Source: Azolla caroliniana
Lineage: Eukaryota; Plantae; Polypodiophyta
DNA: 64,000 nt
Direction of reading: 5' to 3'
Assembly: GCA_043228905.1 (NCBI GenBank)
Contig: JBHGNT010000006.1
Location: 19,158,001-19,222,000 of the forward strand
Position numbers and translations under genes: made by a program. Within the stretch, counting starts at the first letter, position 1, and each line of letters begins with the position of its first letter. Under the pieces are notes generated by a model. It made no database searches. It worked only from the letters and a program-made list of their open reading frames with translations, and was not told the origin of the DNA. Shown here piece after piece: positions 56,801-64,000 of this stretch.

Positions 56801-59800
56801 GACAGGGTGCAATTACCCTGAGTTGCGAGCCACTTTGACAGACGTTTTCCTGCACATCAACAGTGTCCCTGTAGTATCTGTGCAGAAGAAAGCTGTCAAA
56901 GTTCTATGACTCGTTGGATTCGTGAGTGCTGATCTCGCTCCAAGGGCCATCTCTCTCTGTCTCCTTGCTTCTAAAAGGGCACTAAGAATCTTTGATCATT
57001 GATTATTGTACTTCATCCTCTACGGAGAGTTCCAAATCCTTCTCAAAAGAGGCTATGATATACTTGTGTGATTTGACAATAGACTGGGTGATACCACCTT
57101 GTGTTCCTCAAACTCAAATTCTTGATTGCAAGGTGGCAAAATACAGTCCTCTAAAGCTATATGTGTAATCTCTACCTTTAGCTGATGAGATGATGGTCCC
57201 TGCCCTATCCATGTGCTTTAGTAAAGAAACCATATACTTGGCTTCATTAACAATCCCATTTGGCTACATATATAATAAGAGGAAATAATACTTGGCCATC
57301 GTGGTGCCTAGTTACATTTTTGGAATGATAGAAGTTCGTTCTATGCCCACTTTAATGTTATCTGTCCTTATCATTTTATTTATCTCCGACTTTGTCATCT
57401 CCAAAAATGGAACATCAAGGCTATACTCAAATGGTGGAAGTACGTTCATATTCAAGTCATATACTTGGAACAATATTCCATTTGTGCATTACCAACAATT
57501 GGTTTCACTGTACTCTGCTAGTGTATAGATGAAGCAAGAACTAACCATGAATAGAGATGCCTAGGCAATTCCCAGATTTGATATATGCAATCATGGCTTG
57601 AAAACGTACCCCAGGAACTCAGCTCTAACAAGTTCATAATAATGCTTTGCTTCTCATGGGCAATGGTTGTTTCTAGTGCCCTTTCTATTTTCAACAATCT
57701 TCCATACTGTGGAGACTTGGTCCCCAAATCTCTGCTTCATACAACATGGGTGTGCCCAATGTATTGAACTACCATAACTTGGTACAAGCTTTTTGAAAAT
57801 GTACATAAGAACATTATCTTTCAAGTGTATCCAACACCAGATAGCCTCCCGCAGAGAGAGGGAATCAAGATCCCTCTTGATGGATTTCAGTTTTACAAGC
57901 ACCTATATATATCAAAGGGCCGAAAATATAACTGTGACGCAAGGTTTCTGAATTTTAAAACAAATTGAGCTGCAGAAACAGCACTTCACTATTTTACATA
58001 AGAGAATTTGTTTTTGTCTCCCATGCTTGAAATGCATCACGTGGCTAATTACATATCAAGACTGTAAGTCAAGATTTTGCCCAATCATGAGATACAAACA
58101 TTAGCCAAAGCTATGAATAAATTACTTAACTGCCCTCACGTTAACAGCAATTTATAAATTGATATTAAATGAAGAGAAACACTGAACAACCCTTAAATTA
58201 TGTCCCTTATGCCTCCATTTGGAAATATGACATTCATGAATGCATTTTTCATGTTTACATTTTTACACGATCACAAGAGAAAGTTAGTTACAAACAAATG
58301 AAATAGCGCAAGATTATGCATTAATATGTAAATCAAATTTATTTGAACACTATCACAAAAATTAGACAAACTCACAGGTCCTCGGAAAGATGAAGTGCAA
58401 AACATCCACCACCCCCAAATGAAATAGAATCCTTCAAGCATAGAATGAAGTATCTATTTGCACCTGTATATGTTAATCACTAAATCCAACCATTTTGCAA
58501 CTTCTCACTCACTCTCTCCTCTCTCTCTCTCAAAGACGAGACAACGCTTAAGAAGTAATCTCTTGTTTGGTCTTATAGGCCATTTTGGCCTCTTAATAGA
58601 TGTTAATATTTCTTTCTTTCTCTCTACTTCCCATTGAGATCATGGTCATGGAAAGGGTTGTCAAATACATGCTTAAGGTTCAAAAAGGTTCCTCACATCA
58701 ACTTCCTAGAATCATACGAAAAGCAAGCAAAAAATACAAAGCACATAGAAACAAAATTTTATGTTCCGGTTGGATACAGGAAAAATGGTTGGGAAGATTG
58801 GATGCAACACACTTTCTTCATGATGCATCACTAGATTCCACTATGTGAATGAGACCTTTTTGCAATGCCAATGTATCCTGACATGAGAAAAATGTGGAAG
58901 CTCATGCTTCACACATTATACTACATACATATGTTGCACCTAACTACAAAGCTATATTCTTTGCCAAACAGGGAAACTACACACATCAATAAATATTAGA
59001 GCTCATCTCATTGTCTACCCTCTGAACCGTTGGTTCATGCGACTTAGCTCACACTCAATACGATGTATCATGACACAGGAAAAAGGTGGAGGGTCGCCAT
59101 TCACACATTATACTACATATGTTGCACCTAACTACAATACCATATTCTTTGCCAAACGAGGAAATTGCCCTCATCAATACATATTAGAGCTGATCTCATT
59201 GTCTACCATCTGAACCATTGCTTCCATGCAACTTAGCTCACACTCAGTACGATGTGAGATGGGGTGTTAGGGTAGTTGACTATGCACGCTTTGCCCTAAA
59301 CAAGTGTATGAGTCTGAGTATCACACTTTCACACAATGGTCTGCTACATTCGACTATGCTTTCCATACATTTTCGACCAAACCCAATCCTTGCACAAATT
59401 TCTCTCAATCACCATTCTACACACTCAATTGTGACATTCATTAGTAAAGTTCTTGACCATCAAGAGTCGCTACTCACTTTTACATGTATTACGTGAAAAT
59501 GTTAATATATCTCATCAAATTGGAGGTTTAACCTAGTGGTAGAAATATTTTCTGGATTCGCGTTGATGGGTAGTGTAGTGAATAATCAAATTCAACAATA
59601 GAAATATGAACAATGGATGTTCATCATGATATAGTTTCTTGGTATATTGCTCTACACATGTATAAAATTGATGTTCAGAAGAAATCAGGTAGTCTTCTTT
59701 TCTAGCTTAAAAAGAACTATAATATAATACACCGCCCATTCAGGAAAAAGTGTCAGGTTCCATCCCAATAGCTGCCATTCCCGACAGCATCTACTTAAAC

Positions 59801-61050
59801 CTCAATAGAAGGAAATTTGCAATCGTGTCTACTTGCTTATCTATTCGTATCATCCAACCCATAAAACAAATCGGTTAAATTATGTAGGATAAAATGCTAA
59901 TACGCACAAATACCTGTCGCTTTAAAAATTGCTGGATTTTGATGAACGTTTGTAAAGACAAACATGTCATTAGTTCCCTGCACCACAATGTGTTTGTTCA
60001 TGAAGAAAATATACGAATTTTGAATCTTAAACATCAGGAATCTAAGCACTTTTGATGGCCAAGAGAAAGAGAGAAGCTTACTGAGTACTTTGGTTTAGCT
60101 GCAGGTTGCAGAGGTGCAGTAACAAAACCACCAAATGTGACCCCATGAAAATCCCCCACCACCTAATGCATTAAAAAAACCAAACCAGGTGTATATAAAG
60201 AATTGAGATGTTCGTTTAAATCATGAATTTATTCATGAGGACTCAATGCCAAGGAAAGACAAATATACCACTAAAAATGGTTCTGAAAGTGTTGAGCACT
60301 TTCGATAAAGAGTGCGCAATGAGATGCCATGCTTTTCTGTACTGCCCTTAACAAGGGCATCAGAAATCATGAATTGATAAGAAATACAGTTTAGTTGCAT
60401 ACTTGTATATATTTATAGAAAACTGGAAAAAATACCTATAAAGCATGATCCAATGCCGACCTTTAACAATATTTGGCAGCGCTGAATAAATATGTGTACG
60501 AAACATTTCTGAGAGGAGCAAAGATTTGTCAGACATCGGAGGAAGTGTCAAAGCAACAGTTGATGATGACTGTGTTTCTTGCATTAGATTTTTTAAAACA
60601 GTCCCCACACCATCACTAGAAAAATTCTGATCTGATCCCTGTAAAGATTCAACAGATTCCTGATACTGTTGTTTTAAGTTTCCATTTTGGCGTCCCCATG
60701 ATGCTGATGTAGAAGCATCAGCAATTACATTAGATGGAAACTGTGTTTGAGGCGGTCGCTTGTCTGTAGATTGTGGGTCAGCCTTACATTTTGATGGATT
60801 TGTAGAGCTCGAAAGAACTGACAAAAGAAAACCTGTGACAGATGATGTGCCGAAATTCTTGGATTCACATTTTGTTTCTTCGTTTGAACCTGACAGATGC
60901 TCATTTGGACTCTGATGAACCTCCTGAAAACAACCAGAAAATGACATTTTTCCTCATGAACTAAATGCCTTTCTTTTTCCACATTATTGCTAATTATCTT
61001 CTGCACATGGATACGCACATTCACAAGTTTAGACAAGGAAAGCTTACCAT
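53826..61050 (-). CDS. TLDc-domain (oxidation resistance, OXR-like) protein
   Basis: Exons 61048-61098, 60436-60923, 60269-60341, 60082-60162, 59914-59977, 58376-58463, 53943-54027 and 53826-53861 splice in frame. They give LPNIVKGRHWIMLYSTEKHGISLRTLYR...VVGDFHGVTFGG...GTNDMFVF...GANRYF...FGGGGCFALHL...GSSGVCNTFGN...VEVW. The start codon is uncertain; the first in-frame ATG after the upstream stops is at 61050. Confidence 0.85.
55310..56010 (-). mobile_element. Degenerate non-LTR (LINE) ORF2 fragment in a TLDc intron
   Basis: Pre-RT motifs such as GKAQDHDG.VGEH...LVPLLAHIFN and YLAKLYG, with frameshifts. Confidence 0.55.
58540..59400 (+). mobile_element. Degenerate LINE 3' fragment with a ~170-bp internal duplication, in a TLDc intron
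   Basis: LLPIEIMVMERVVKYMLKV...LPRII resembles the post-RT region of LINE ORF2. 58910-59070 is repeated at 59100-59255. Confidence 0.45.
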
Positions 61051-62456
61051 GGACAGGTTTAAACCGGATATTTGATGATCTTGACTTTGAGAAACCTCCT
61101 GGACACAAACAGAAATAGCACAAAAGAAATGGAGATCTTGCCTTTTCCTTCATGACATTAACAAATGCGTTTCCTTCTTCCACATTATTTTTGGCTTTTC
61201 ACTTGTATTTGTAGATTTATATGCTTCCAAGATTCTATATCCAAGCTGACCTCAGAAGGCAAGATGATAGATTACAAATGTTCGGAAGAAGAAAACCTGC
61301 ATTTCCTATCATAACCCATTCTTTGGCTACAAATCACTTTTCCTTTTATACTCATATTTGATTTCTGAGTTTCCATATCCAAACTAAAGCCAAAATAGAA
61401 AGATGAAAAAGTCCACATGTTTCGCGCAAGAAAGTTGTCTAATTGCATTTGTATATTCACGTGCTTCCAAGTTTCCAGATCCAAAAGCAAGAGGCTTGAC
61501 TTGGAAAATTTTCTTTAACCGTACTTTATTTAAACAAACACATGCTTCCATGTTTTCATATTCAGACTGCAATACAAAAAAACGATAAAAAAACAGAGGT
61601 TTTCGCTAAGAGATTTTTTTCCATTTTCAATGCTTCAAGTTACCATATTCCAAGTGAAGCGGAAAGGAAAGACGAAAAAATACACAGATTTGGAACATAA
61701 AGATATGTTTTATTGGTCTATTCATTATGTTTCCCGGTTTCCATATCCAAATTGACGTCATCAGAAAGATATGAAAATACACAAAAGAAAAGAAATGGAC
61801 GATGTTTAATTTTCATATGTGCATTCGAATGTTTCCAAGTTTTCATAACCTACCTAAAGGCGAAAGGAAAGAGGGAAAAAATGCATATTTCCTTCATGAC
61901 CATGTTCAGGTGCCTTCCAATTTTCCAAGTTCAGGTGCATTTTCGTTCATGACCATGATCAGGAGCCAAATGGAAGAAAGAAAGAAAAAAACTATTAAGG
62001 GAGATAGAAATGCTTTACATTGCAAGAAGATCCGGTATGGCTATGAAGGTGTTTAAAAGGAAGCTCTGGAGAAGAAGAAGGATCGGAAAGTTAACGCCTG
62101 GCGATCATTCCTTTCAATCACATGATCATCAAAGGATCCGGTAAGATCCTCAAACAATACACAGAGATCTGCAGACGGCTACAAATGTGCTGTTATACGG
62201 ACATAAATATGGAAGCCTGCATTGATGTCACAGATGTATAAAGCTTTGCAGGCGACGAGACGACATGAAGGCCACGAATCAGAAAGTCGACGAGGTATGG
62301 AGGAGAGAGAAGGCATCACGAGGTCGCAGCTGGTTCTGCTGTTTCCAGAATCCATGGTTCCGGTACAGCGCACGTTTCCGTTTCGCCTTTCTTCGATTCT
62401 GCGCTGCTATTGCGTTTCGCGTTTCGCGTTTCGCGTTTCGCTTTTTGCGTTTTGTC

Positions 62457-62748
62457 TTTTTTCCCTGGTTTTTTGCGTTTTGCTTTTCCCCTGGCCTTCT
62501 ACACTTGACCCAAAAGGCTTATTTTAGAATTGTCATCTCTATTTCTATTGTTTTGGAACATGTTAAGAATAGGGAACGCAAGGGTCTCTTTTAATGGTCA
62601 CCGTTTTTCCCTTGGTTTTTTTACGTTTTGCTTTTTCCCTGGCCTTCTACACTTGACCCAAAGGCTTATTTGTAGCATTGCCATCTCCATTGTTTTGGAA
62701 CATGTTAAGAATAGGGAAAAGCAAGGGTCTCTTTTAATGGTCACCGTT
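62457..62748. repeat. ~146-bp tandem duplication upstream of the TLDc gene
   Basis: CCTGGCCTTCTACACTTGACCCAAA...TTTTAATGGTCACCGTTT occurs twice. Confidence 0.85.
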
Positions 62749-63514
62749 TATAAGAAGGCATGCATTAACATATTTCTCTCTACTATTATGTCGTTCATGA
62801 TCATATTAGATATCACGCATCACATAGGAAGAAATCGAACCCCATGGACACTTTGATGCATGCCCTTAACTCACTCTAGTCCACCATACACATGATAATG
62901 AATGTGGCATTATGCATCATAGCCAACTAGCGAACATGCACAGTAGCCAAGGGATGCTTATGTATTAAGGCTAGGTGGAAATCAATAAGTATGTATTCAA
63001 GCTATGTGGCTTATGTTTACAAAAGTTCTAATATCGTAGAACCGTTATGGTTCAACGTCTCAATCTCTTGATTGACTGAGCCGTTTTCGAACCTGCTCTT
63101 GTATTCTCATGCTTCTTGTTTATATATAAAGACGATTTTTCATTTCCTAATTTGATATTGTTGTTAGCGTCCTCATCGTCCGTTTGAACCCCACTAATTT
63201 ATTTCGAGGAATCTTTTGTTTTTATAACAATTGTGTCCTTAGTTAGCTACCAAGAATACATGCATGTTGTATTAGATCTTGATTGTCGAAGAGAACTTTG
63301 TGACATTAGATAAAGAAAACCAAAGCATGCTTGGAAATTTGAAGTGAATGTCGAGAAGGCACAATACATGATGAGTTAGATGTGTATTGCAATTCAATTG
63401 CTTCACACTTAATATCCAAACTCACAAATATTGAGTTGGGTTAGTTGGAACTTGGAACCTTGATGACAAATATGAGGCTAACATTGTTTGTATCATTACT
63501 AGAGAATAAGTTTT

Positions 63515-64000
63515 TGTTGAGAATCAAGCTCAACCTAGTCTAGTGTGTGAACCCACCTTTTGAGAATGTATGAGCATTAAAAGGTCAAAAGTCACCACTA
63601 CCACGGCTATTGGGGCTACATTCAAGGAGCACAAGAAAACAAACCCGACCCAAAGGACTCCGACTACTCAACATGGGAGCAAGCGGCGAGTCGAGTAATG
63701 TATTGCTTGACGACATGTATCCATGACCACATGCTTGGTTCCATTCGAGAAGCCAAGTCGTTGAAGGAAGCGTGGGAGAATCTAAGGAAGATTTTCGCGG
63801 TCAACACAACCGCAAGAAAGCTTCAACTCCGCCAAGAGTTGAACAACATCCAACAAAGGGATATGTCCATTACAAGCTACACCTTGAAGATCAAGGAGCT
63901 TTGTGACTCACTCGACTCAATAAGCGTCAACGTGGAGGATGATGAGATGGTGTAAATATGCCTAGGCGGCCTCGTACCACGGTTTGGCGTGAAGGGAACA
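63515..64000 (+). mobile_element. Degenerate copia of the element 1 clade: LTR start fused by deletion to gag; runs off the window
   Basis: LTR start TGTTGAGAATCAAGCTCAACC. Gag HGYW...[11 protein letters not shown]...[13 protein letters not shown] matches the gag of element 1. Stop at 63953-63955. Confidence 0.8.

Overview
Eukaryotic land-plant nuclear DNA. A fern or other seed-free vascular plant is my inference from the PPR style and retroelement types, not a proven assignment. Bases 1-27.4 kb are a pile of nested retroelements. There are two young, near-intact Ty1/copia elements (27-5973 +, 11435-16880 -), an older degenerate Tnt1/Tork-like copia (9055-19699), two Ty3/gypsy remnants and a non-autonomous LTR element (20597-27015). 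The 3' LTR of that last element is split by a 4.5-kb Penelope-like element (PLE). Bases 30-62 kb hold four host genes: an RSZ-type SR splicing factor, an At4g15545/NAIP-like coiled-coil protein, a PLS-E PPR protein and a TLDc/OXR protein, with a hAT MITE, LINE scraps and tandem repeats between them. Three signals stand out. (1) The PLE has no GIY-YIG endonuclease, carries two extra upstream ORFs, has an in-phase A_AAA_AAC -1 slippery site with a downstream pseudoknot-like structure leading into RT, and has a minimal type I hammerhead ribozyme in its 3' UTR. (2) Two different gypsy-type LTR elements show co-varying Tf1-like self-priming geometry: an 11-nt PBS complementary to the sequence 32 nt downstream of the TATA box. 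(3) A conserved stem encloses the PPT/U3 junction in three diverged copia copies. All coordinates were read by eye and may be off by a few bases where stated.
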